From contig CBDFJQ010000002.1 in the NCBI GenBank assembly GCA_965248575.1, positions 672,001 to 736,000 of the forward strand: a stretch of DNA of 64,000 bases. Direction: 5' to 3'. A model generated the notes under the pieces. That model was given only the letters and a program-made list of their open reading frames with translations, had not been told where the DNA came from and searched no databases. A program made the translations under genes and the position numbers. Position 1 is the first letter of the stretch, and each line of letters starts with the position of its first letter. Shown here one piece after another: positions 18,501-25,896 of the stretch. The stretch is from Planctomycetota bacterium (GTDB lineage: Bacteria; Planctomycetota; B15-G4).

Positions 18501-20713
18501 GTGAGATATCCGAGGCCCAGGGTGAGCATCGCGTCGCAGAGCACGGCGCAGGGCGGGTCGTGCTCGAAGAAGGCACGCGCTTCGCGAAAGCTCATGCGCA
18601 GGACGTCGGCGATGGTCTTGCCGGCGAGCTCGACCTCCAGGACGCTTTGGGCATAGCGCCCTCCGCCACAGGCATCGCAGAGGAGTTCCAGGTCCTCGAA
18701 GAGATGCAGGCCCACACGGGTCAGGCCCAGCCCTTCGCACGCGGGGCAGCGGCCATGGGCACTGTTGAAGGAAAAGTGGCTGGCCGTCAGTCCGCGTAGC
18801 TTGGCGCTGTCCAGCTTCGCGAAGCGTTTCCGGATGAGGTCGAAGAGCCCGCACCAGGTGGCGGGCGTGCTGCGCGGAGTCTTGCCGACGGGCCGGGCAT
18901 CCACGGCGTGGACGGGGGCGTTGGGTCGAGCCTGCCCAGCGTCCCTCTGGTTCTCCTTGAGCAACTTGATCAGCTGGACTTCGGTGAGCGTGCCGGGATG
19001 GACGCTGAGCGTTTCGAAGGGGCCGCCGTCGGTGTGGCCTTGCAGCGCGGGCAGCAAGGTGCCGAACACGAGCGACGTCTTGCCTGCCCCCGACAGACCC
19101 ATGACCACGTTCAAGGCGCCCTGGCGGACGTTGAGCTCCGCTTGATCGAGGTTGTGAAGCGTGGCTCCGGTGAGACGAATCCAGCCGCTGCCGGGCCGGG
19201 TGCTGCGATCCGGTGGCGCGACACACCCCAATGGGTGCTCGTGATCGATGAGCGTTGGGTGCCCAGCTGCGGCGGGGCCGTCCCACGCAACGACTCTCCC
19301 GCCCTCACTGCCGGCGCCTGGGCCCAGGGCCAGCACGTGGTCGGCGTGGCGCACCATGTCGGGGTCATGCTCCACCAGAACGAGGCTGTTGCCGTTGTCG
19401 AGCAGCTCCCGCAGGATCTCCTGCATGCCCTGCTGCCCGTTGGGGTGCAGGCCGAGCGTGGGTTCGTCGAGGGCGAAGAGTACGCCGCTCAGTTGGCCGT
19501 TGAGTTGTGCTGCAAGCCGGACTCGCTGCGCTTCTCCGCCCGACAGGGTCGTGCTGCTGCGGTCGAGGCTCAGGTGCCCAAGACCCAGGCGCAGCATGCG
19601 CTGCACACGGGCTGCGAGAGGCGGGCGTGTGCGAGTCCAGACGGCGCAGGCGGCGGCGTCAGATGATTGGGATTGGAGTGCCTTGTCGAGCTCGTGCAAC
19701 AGCTCTGCCGTTGGCAGGCTCAAGGCCTGGGGCAGGGTCAGTTCGCCGAGCTGTGCCTCTCGCCCTGGACGGCCGAGGCGCGTGCCGCTGCACTCTTCGC
19801 AAGGTCTCGAGCTAACGAAGCGCAGGATGTTCGGGTTGCGGCTGCGCTGCAGCACCTCGTCCATGACGGGCACCAGGCCGCGGTAGTAGCCCTCCTCGCG
19901 CGGGCGGGCCGTGATGCCGCTCCACTTCATGCGCGACTCGATGGCGTGCTTCCCGAAGGGCACCTTCAGGGCGCGGCTGCCGTAGAGGATGACGTGGCGT
20001 TGTTCGTCGCTGAGGGAATCCCAGGGGCTGTCCACATCGAAGCCGTGCGCGCGACAGACCGTGTCCATGACATCCACGGTGACCTGGCTGTAGACTGTGT
20101 AGCCGTTCTTGAGGGTGGGGACCAAGGCGCCGTCGCGCAGGCTCTTGCCGCCGTCGGCCACGATCTTGCTCGGGTCGATGCGATCGCTGAGCCCGATGCC
20201 CCGGCAGCTGGCGCACTGACCCAGCGGGTGATTGAAGCTGAAGTGGCTGCGGGTGAGGGCTTCGCCGCTGGGGTCTGTGGCCGGGTCGTTGGCGGTGCGG
20301 GCGAAGAGCAGCCTGAGCAGATCCAGGAGACCTGTGAGGGTTCCTACCGTGGAGCGCTGGTGGGGCGTGACGGCGTGTTGCCCCACGGCGATGGTGGCCG
20401 GTAGGCCCGTCAGGCTGTCGAGGTCGGCGCGCCCCAGCTTTCCGAAGGCGTGCCGGGCGTGGGCGGAGAGGCTGCCCAGGAAGCGACGCTCCCCTTCGCG
20501 TACCAGGGTGTCGAAGACGAGCGAGGTCTTGCCGCTGCCGGAGCGGCCCGTCACCGCGACCCAGCGCCCCCGGGGCAGGTCGATGTCCACTCCCGCGAGG
20601 GAGTTTTCCCGTGCGCCTCGTAGGGAGATCGAGGGATTTGAGGGCGGTTTGGTCACCAGGGAGGGCCGCGGGGCGAGTGAGGGAACAAAGTCATGTCGAG
20701 ACGCGGTCAGCAT
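15590..20713 (-). CDS. Double-length UvrA-like ABC ATPase (four nucleotide-binding domains)
   Basis: Walker A motifs GRSGSGKT, GLSGAGKT, GVSGSGKS (x2); signatures LSGGE/LSRGE/LSSGE/LSGGE; DEP Walker B motifs; CxxC zinc modules; FSFN motifs. Confidence 0.92.
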   Translation of the reverse strand: MLTASRHDFVPSLAPRPSLVTKPPSNPSISLRGARENSLAGVDIDLPRGRWVAVTGRSGSGKTSLVFDTLVREGERRFLGSLSAHARHAFGKLGRADLDSLTGLPATIAVGQHAVTPHQRSTVGTLTGLLDLLRLLFARTANDPATDPSGEALTRSHFSFNHPLGQCASCRGIGLSDRIDPSKIVADGGKSLRDGALVPTLKNGYTVYSQVTVDVMDTVCRAHGFDVDSPWDSLSDEQRHVILYGSRALKVPFGKHAIESRMKWSGITARPREEGYYRGLVPVMDEVLQRSRNPNILRFVSSRPCEECSGTRLGRPGREAQLGELTLPQALSLPTAELLHELDKALQSQSSDAAACAVWTRTRPPLAARVQRMLRLGLGHLSLDRSSTTLSGGEAQRVRLAAQLNGQLSGVLFALDEPTLGLHPNGQQGMQEILRELLDNGNSLVLVEHDPDMVRHADHVLALGPGAGSEGGRVVAWDGPAAAGHPTLIDHEHPLGCVAPPDRSTRPGSGWIRLTGATLHNLDQAELNVRQGALNVVMGLSGAGKTSLVFGTLLPALQGHTDGGPFETLSVHPGTLTEVQLIKLLKENQRDAGQARPNAPVHAVDARPVGKTPRSTPATWCGLFDLIRKRFAKLDSAKLRGLTASHFSFNSAHGRCPACEGLGLTRVGLHLFEDLELLCDACGGGRYAQSVLEVELAGKTIADVLRMSFREARAFFEHDPPCAVLCDAMLTLGLGYLTLGQSSGSLSRGESQRIKLGTLLGTRRSEPTLVVLDEPDRGLAPTDVVDLLVALHALVEAGHTVLAISHHRQVWAAADHLIELRDGSTLREAQPDWSALSKRQPPPPAEQGDERPIELRGVRTHSLRGIDVAFPRHQLTAVCGVSGSGKSSLVTHTLASEATARFAESLPFQVRRFMRRLPAPRIESASGLGPTLHLGQGHASSRRALDRRSTVATQSECGPLLRLIYSRAGLWQEQPCGLSASHFSRERREGACEVCGGRGTSQRCDPQRLIDAPHRPLLGAGPSTAASGAAGGSRPGRFFTEADGQHMATLVAALVAGQVTDQDADQVADRLQEPALEPCRSPAEIWDLLKTRPWNELPPSVRDMALHGLEDPGSRKPQSLRVQWEFASSAEGDGSHEFETSWSGLCALVEAEADHRARSKRAAEWSAPLADAECPSCSGSGLTQIPRETRVLGVSLPELEQLSLVAVSALFRSSTQDPVLEALRPELCVRLAELQSLGLGHLQLGRPVRTLSSGELQRVRLGGVLRSGLVGLTLVLDEPTAGLHERDVQQLLDRLHTFQQEGNTVVLVSHRPSVLRRADHLLELGPEGGAKGGQLLETGPPERVLSGDGPTARALRARPGSDERTAAGTPNTPLIQLRGAHAHNLVQLDVQFPASGLVCITGVSGSGKSSLLFDVLGASFAAQAPVKCETLDIPGGFERYKALHDARDAHRTTATSSTLVALQLAAPLGAVFSAASAQANSGQRLPARAFKPGNTAGRCPACKGSGREQVSMDFLADVDLPCQVCNGRRFRPEVCQVRWNGKSIVQILEEPAEQLLMSLAALPEHACGKEQRALCAGLTALDDVALGHLPLGRPRVELSGGESARVQLAASLMHSTTPAVSLYDEPSTALHEADLGRILKVFRKLADRGDLVLTTEHRLSAIAAADWVIDLGPEAGADGGRLMVAGPPSSLGKLTPGHTAAALRARS

Positions 20714-20793
20714 CTTCGTCAGTGAGCTGAGGAGCCTAACCGCTTGCTCATGTTGTCCTGTTCACTGACCCAACCCAATCGGAGCATGACCTG

Positions 20794-21324
20794 ATGCAGA
20801 CGACCTTCGTTCGAGTGATGTCCGGGACCTTGATCGCCTTGAGCGCCTGGGGGGTGGCGGCGAGTGTGGCTGCGCCCGTTCAACTCTTCCCGCTGCCCAC
20901 GCCGCAGGAGGCGGTGGCGGAACGGATGGACGATGGCTCCGCGCGTGACCAGGCGCTGATCCCCTCGATCGTCTACGGCGATGAGCTGCTGGTCCAGATC
21001 GCGGTCTCCGACCTGGACAAAGCCTGCGAGTTCTATGGCCAGATTCTGGGGCTCCCGCCCATCTCCAGGACCGACTCCCTGAAGTGGGCCAAGTTCCGGC
21101 TGCCGGCGGGGGCCCAACTGGGCGTTGGTGAGGCCGAACGGGTGTCAGGCAGCGGCACGACGTCCTTGAATATCAGCGTGGCGGACATCGAGGCCGCGCG
21201 AGCACTGCTCGAGGCGCGGGGCATCGTGTTTGACGGGCCAACGCAGGTCATACCCGGGGTCGTGAAGCTGGCGGACTTCAAGGATGCTGACGGCAACCGG
21301 ATTCGCCTTGCGGGTGCGCCGTAG
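20794..21324 (+). CDS. VOC (glyoxalase/bleomycin resistance) family protein with N-terminal signal peptide
   Basis: IAVSDLDKACEFYGQILGL...SVADIEAARALLEARGI...FKDADGNRIRL; hydrophobic leader. Confidence 0.87.
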   Translation: MQTTFVRVMSGTLIALSAWGVAASVAAPVQLFPLPTPQEAVAERMDDGSARDQALIPSIVYGDELLVQIAVSDLDKACEFYGQILGLPPISRTDSLKWAKFRLPAGAQLGVGEAERVSGSGTTSLNISVADIEAARALLEARGIVFDGPTQVIPGVVKLADFKDADGNRIRLAGAP

Positions 21325-21354
21325 CGGTGCGCGGCAAGGGGGCCGGTGGAGGGG

Positions 21355-21386
21355 GGCGTTCCCGCCAGGATTCGAACCTGGGACCG
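21355..21386 (-). repeat. 32-bp direct repeat of the tRNA-Arg 3' end (att-like site)
   Basis: ggcgttcccgccaggattcgaacctgggaccg is identical to 31969-32000. Confidence 0.95.
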
Positions 21387-21435
21387 TGGGCGACCCGTCG
21401 GTCGCTGCTGCACGTCAGGCTGTGCACGCGGGATT

Positions 21436-23556
21436 CTACTTCCGGTGCAGGTCGACGATCACCTCCGCCGTCTCGCCCGCCCGCACGTCGATGCGCCGGG
21501 CCGGGATTGGGAGGAAGCGGTCGGCACCGATGCCCTCGAAGCTGATCTCGTAGAGCCCGGGCGCGCTCGCCTCGAAGAGCCAGTACGTCGCGGCATTCAC
21601 ACGACCTTCGTGGTCGACCGCGCTGATGCCCCGGCTCAACCCCACGAAGACCCCGTCGTCGTGCGGCAGCGCAGCCCCGTTGATGCGAAACTCGAAGCGG
21701 ATGGCGTAGACGGGCTCGAGCTCAAAGCGCACCGACTGGAACCCGGGGAAAAGCTCGAGGATCTCTCTACGTGTGCCGTAGTCCAGCCCGCTCGGGATCC
21801 CGTAGGTCTGGACGTACGCCGCGCCGGGCGCTGTCCAGAAGCGGAAGCGGCCTGGTTCGCCATCGAAGCCGATCGAGGGGTGGTCGGCGCTGCTCCAGTC
21901 GTGGTGCACCTGACCCTGGAGGTCCTCCAGGTAGCCGTAACGGATCAGCTCGAGCGGGAGCCGCTCGCCGGTCCGCGCGTCGACGGTCTCCACGAGCACC
22001 TCGGCAAGCTCCGGGACCACGAGCTCCACGTCCTCGCGGCCAGCGGCCGGGAGCTCGATCATCCAGTTCTTCAGGAACGGCAAGAGCTGGACCTGGTAGG
22101 GGCCGACCGCTAAATCCTCCAGGTGGAACGCCCAGGTCGGGAGAGCGCCGCCGACGCGCTCCATGTCGGCCAGGGAGAGCTCGACGTCGGCGTCGCCATG
22201 GTTGTAGTCGGGCCCGTAGAACTGAAGCCGCACCTGCTGCTCGCCGTCGAAGGCCGGAAAGGAGACCTTGCCGCCGAGGGTCGCCCGCTCCGGCGGCGCT
22301 GGCGGGTCGGTCAACGTCAGCAGCAGCTCGCGCGTTTCGCCGGCGGCGAGGGAGAGCTCCTCGCGCGCGAGCACGTGCGGCTTTTCCCACCAGCCACCCA
22401 GCTCGACCGAGACGGCGTACTCGCCCGGCTCCAGGTTCTCGAGCCGCAGCCCTTCGGTCTCGAGCGTCTCGTCGAGCCGCTGGGACCAGACGCGTCCGGC
22501 CTCAGCCCCGCCCGGGCGAGGCCGGACGACGTTGAGCATGGCCTCCGGCTCGAGCGCGGCGTAGCGCTCGAGTTGCACGTTCGCCATCCGCACGTCCAGC
22601 GCGGCGGCCGGCAGCAGCAGCAGCTCGCGCTCGGCGTTCGTCGAGACGTCAAGCACGATCGTGCTCCAGGCGTAGCCGGGCGCCCTCGCGTACACGAGGA
22701 CGCCGCGCCCAGTCTCCTCGGGTTGCATGAGCTCGGCGGGCTGGGGCGCCTCGCCCACTGCGGACCCGAGCGCCAAGCCGGCGACCCATTCCTCCGGCCC
22801 GTCAGCCTTGCGCCCGCCCAGCAGCACGATGGGAGAGTTGAGGCCGCTGCCGAGCGAGGTGTAGATCTCGCCGCCCGTCCCGGGCAGCTGCGCGGCCATG
22901 AACGCGGTCGGCACGCAGCGGAGCTCCACGCCTTCGAGGTGCGCCCGCGTGTTCGCATCGCGCACGGCCAGCGTGAGCTCCGGCCAGAAAACCACCTCGG
23001 CAAATCGCACCCGGAGCTCGTAGACGATCTGGCCGCTCCTGCCCTCCACACCGCTGGACAACGGAATCCGGGTCGTCTCGATGAAGTGCTGTGGATGGTC
23101 GACATCGACCACCAGCTCGTCGTCGCGCAGTCGCTCCTCCACACGCGCAAAGAACGGGTCCAGGTCGAACTCGCTCGTCAATCCATGGCACGGCCACGAG
23201 TCCCGGATCCTCTCGGGCCAAACGCTGACCTCCTCTACGCCCGTCACCGTGACCCTCGCCAACCCCGCGTACTCCTCAGGGATTCCCTCGAGGATCACGC
23301 GCAGTACGTTTGTTCCCGCAACTGCAGACACGCCGCCGGGGGGCTCCTCCGTGACCGGGCTCAGTCGCAGGGGTTCCGCGGCCGGGTCTTTGGCCATGGG
23401 CAAGACCGTGCCACCCACGGGCTCCACGTCGACCGCCAGCGACTCGGCCGCCGCCATCGGCGGTGCCTCGGGTGCCCTTGTCACGAAGTACACGATCACC
23501 ACCGCCACGAGAACGACCACGGTGCTGGCGAGTGCGAGGCGGATCTTCATGGTCAT
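21436..23556 (-). CDS. Membrane-anchored surface protein, paralog 1 (carboxypeptidase-regulatory-like beta-sandwich segments)
   Basis: N-terminal TM helix; about 185 N-terminal aa shared with paralogs 2 and 3 (IRDSW.C.G.TSEFDLDPFF); LENLEPGEYAV-type motifs. Confidence 0.75.
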   Translation of the reverse strand: MTMKIRLALASTVVVLVAVVIVYFVTRAPEAPPMAAAESLAVDVEPVGGTVLPMAKDPAAEPLRLSPVTEEPPGGVSAVAGTNVLRVILEGIPEEYAGLARVTVTGVEEVSVWPERIRDSWPCHGLTSEFDLDPFFARVEERLRDDELVVDVDHPQHFIETTRIPLSSGVEGRSGQIVYELRVRFAEVVFWPELTLAVRDANTRAHLEGVELRCVPTAFMAAQLPGTGGEIYTSLGSGLNSPIVLLGGRKADGPEEWVAGLALGSAVGEAPQPAELMQPEETGRGVLVYARAPGYAWSTIVLDVSTNAERELLLLPAAALDVRMANVQLERYAALEPEAMLNVVRPRPGGAEAGRVWSQRLDETLETEGLRLENLEPGEYAVSVELGGWWEKPHVLAREELSLAAGETRELLLTLTDPPAPPERATLGGKVSFPAFDGEQQVRLQFYGPDYNHGDADVELSLADMERVGGALPTWAFHLEDLAVGPYQVQLLPFLKNWMIELPAAGREDVELVVPELAEVLVETVDARTGERLPLELIRYGYLEDLQGQVHHDWSSADHPSIGFDGEPGRFRFWTAPGAAYVQTYGIPSGLDYGTRREILELFPGFQSVRFELEPVYAIRFEFRINGAALPHDDGVFVGLSRGISAVDHEGRVNAATYWLFEASAPGLYEISFEGIGADRFLPIPARRIDVRAGETAEVIVDLHRK

Positions 23557-23601
23557 GCACCTATGCTCCGGTCGTCTTGCGTTCTTGTGTCGAACGCGGA
23601 T

Positions 23602-25851
23602 CTATTTGGACAGGGTGACGTCGACGTCTTCGTACTCTCCCGTGTGAAGCTCGACCTCCACGCTTCGCTCCGCAGAGCCCGGCGAAATGAGCACGAGCCG
23701 GTAGCGTCCAGGCTGGAGCGGGTTGGCCGACTCGTGGGTTCCGTACGGGTAGATTCTCGAGTAGCTGTACCCCCGGCGCTGCCCCTCGCCCACGTCCAGC
23801 AAGAGACTTACCTGGTTTCCCAAGTGGTCGATGAGCTGGTACTCGCCGCTGACCAGTGCGCCGTCCTCGTCGCGCACCGTGAGGCGCAGCCCCGCGCACT
23901 GCTGCAGCATGATGGACCGCGTGATCACCCTGCCAGGATGGAGTTCGAGGTCGAGCTCGTATTCGAAGAAGAGTCCGGTGGGAAAACTGCGGTCTACGCC
24001 AGTGCGCACGCGAACGCGGTTCTTCCCGGGGAAGAGGCCCTCCACCCGCAGCTGGCCCTCACGGGCTTCGACCAGCCGCGTTTCCGGCGGGAAGCCTTCC
24101 TGGCCGGCGCGCCACAGCAGGACGGTAAAGCTCTCGGGGATCGACCCCGGCGGATTCTCCAGATCGATCACCAGAGTCGCCAACTCCTCGGCACGCACGA
24201 GCCTGATTGGAATTACAAGCTCCCCGCCGGGCTCCGGCGTCTGGAAGTCGAGCGGCACCGGCTGCCGACCGGGAAACACGACCTCGCCCGTCATGTGCTT
24301 GTTGGGCGGAGCCTGGAGGACGTAGGTCGGCTCGTCCCCGGGGAGTGGGATCTGCGTCGTGAGGTACTCGGGCATGAAGTTGAGGTTCTTGGCCAAGGGA
24401 TCGGCAACCCGCCGGAGGTCTTTGCCATTCTCATCGACGGGCGTCCCGCCGCCGGGGGTCCTGGTCTTCAGGAGCAGGCGGCCCTCGCCCTCGCTCTCGA
24501 GGTCGCCCGCAAGCTCGAAGCGGATTGACGTCTCCCTGAATTCCAGCACGACTCCGTGCTCGGGGGCACGCACAGGCAAGCCGGCTTTGCCGCCGTTGAT
24601 GTAGATCATCTCGTCGTCCCGCTCGCCATCTCCCCAGCCCCCGGGGAGGGAGTCGTGCGTCTCGGCAAGCTCACCCATACGGAGCAGGTACTCGAGAGGG
24701 CCCAGTCCGCCGAAGGCGAAGGCACCGTTCTCGTCCACTGTCGCCGACAGGCGTTTCAACTCGAAGCGACCGCCACGGCGAGGGCCCAGCAAGCTCGTAT
24801 GGGTCGTGGTCGGAGTCAGCCAGAGGAGATGCACGGAGCGACTGGGAGTGGTGAATGTCCGCCCCTCGTAGACATTCACGCGCATGCCACTGCTGATGGC
24901 GTCGGGGGGGGCGGCAGTCCTCCACCGGGGTGGCATGGAGGAGACGGAGGCGCCGACCAACGGATTGCCCATGCGCAACAAGTAGCCCGTGATCGCGTGA
25001 CCGGACTCGAGCACGAGGGTGCCCACGTCGACGCGCGTGCCGACGAGCACCTCCACGTGCGTCGTCGTCGGACGTCGGCCCTCTTCGTAGGACGCCAGTG
25101 CATAGAGGCCCGAGGCGCCTAAGCGAAGTTCGAACGCACCGTCCGCCGCGCCCTCGACGGCGCCGGCGACGTCCTCTACGGGAAAGCCATCATCGAGCAG
25201 CAGGGCACCCACCAGGCCTTGCGCAGCCGGGGCGCCGTCCTCCCGCGCCAGGCGGCCGTGAATCACGCCGGCAGGAACCAACTGCACCCGGACCTCGTAG
25301 ACGGTCCGGCCGATCGCCAGCTCCACGCCGCTGGACAGCGAAATCCGGGTCGTCTCCAGCAAGTGCAGCGGATTGTCGACCTCGACCTCCAGCTCGCCGA
25401 CTCGCAAGTCTCCGTCTCGCTCCGCCACACTCGCGAAGAACGGATCCAGGTCGAACTCGCTCGTCAGCCCCTCGCACAGCCACGAGTCCCTGATCGACCC
25501 GGGCCACTCGTCGGGCTCGTCCACGCCTGTCAACGTGACCGTCGTCATTCGAGCGTTCTCTTCTGTGATCCCCTCTAGGACCACGCGCAGCAGCTTCATT
25601 CCCGCGATAGCAGCCGCGCCACCGGGAGGCTCCTCCGCGACGAGGCTTTGCACCGCGGCCGACCTGGCGGCAGGGAGTTTGAACGCGGACACGTCTGCGA
25701 CGTCCACGCGCTGCACGACGGTCGGCAGCGGCTCGACCACCGCCGCCGGTAGTGACTCGGCCCTCGGTGTTCGTGTCACGAAGTACACGACGACCGCCGC
25801 CAGGAGAACTGCGGAGGTGCTGCCGAGTGCGAGGCGGCTCTTCATGGTCAT
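23602..25851 (-). CDS. Membrane-anchored surface protein, paralog 2 (carboxypeptidase-regulatory-like repeats)
   Basis: TM helix; VIHGRLAREDGAPA, VDENGAFAFGGLGP, LQPGRYRL. Confidence 0.78.
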   Translation of the reverse strand: MTMKSRLALGSTSAVLLAAVVVYFVTRTPRAESLPAAVVEPLPTVVQRVDVADVSAFKLPAARSAAVQSLVAEEPPGGAAAIAGMKLLRVVLEGITEENARMTTVTLTGVDEPDEWPGSIRDSWLCEGLTSEFDLDPFFASVAERDGDLRVGELEVEVDNPLHLLETTRISLSSGVELAIGRTVYEVRVQLVPAGVIHGRLAREDGAPAAQGLVGALLLDDGFPVEDVAGAVEGAADGAFELRLGASGLYALASYEEGRRPTTTHVEVLVGTRVDVGTLVLESGHAITGYLLRMGNPLVGASVSSMPPRWRTAAPPDAISSGMRVNVYEGRTFTTPSRSVHLLWLTPTTTHTSLLGPRRGGRFELKRLSATVDENGAFAFGGLGPLEYLLRMGELAETHDSLPGGWGDGERDDEMIYINGGKAGLPVRAPEHGVVLEFRETSIRFELAGDLESEGEGRLLLKTRTPGGGTPVDENGKDLRRVADPLAKNLNFMPEYLTTQIPLPGDEPTYVLQAPPNKHMTGEVVFPGRQPVPLDFQTPEPGGELVIPIRLVRAEELATLVIDLENPPGSIPESFTVLLWRAGQEGFPPETRLVEAREGQLRVEGLFPGKNRVRVRTGVDRSFPTGLFFEYELDLELHPGRVITRSIMLQQCAGLRLTVRDEDGALVSGEYQLIDHLGNQVSLLLDVGEGQRRGYSYSRIYPYGTHESANPLQPGRYRLVLISPGSAERSVEVELHTGEYEDVDVTLSK

Positions 25852-25896
25852 GCGCCTGGGTTCCAGTCGTCTTGCGTGCTTGCGTCCAACACGGTC

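Noticed and set aside
21355..21435. Second functional tRNA-Arg gene
   Set aside because: Only 32 bp match; no D arm, anticodon loop or CCA.
22123..24528. 801-aa plus-strand ORF and other long antisense ORFs (e.g. 2201-3463, 10732-12042, 38492-39883, 40048-41331)
   Set aside because: Shadow frames of well-supported genes on the opposite strand in high-GC DNA.
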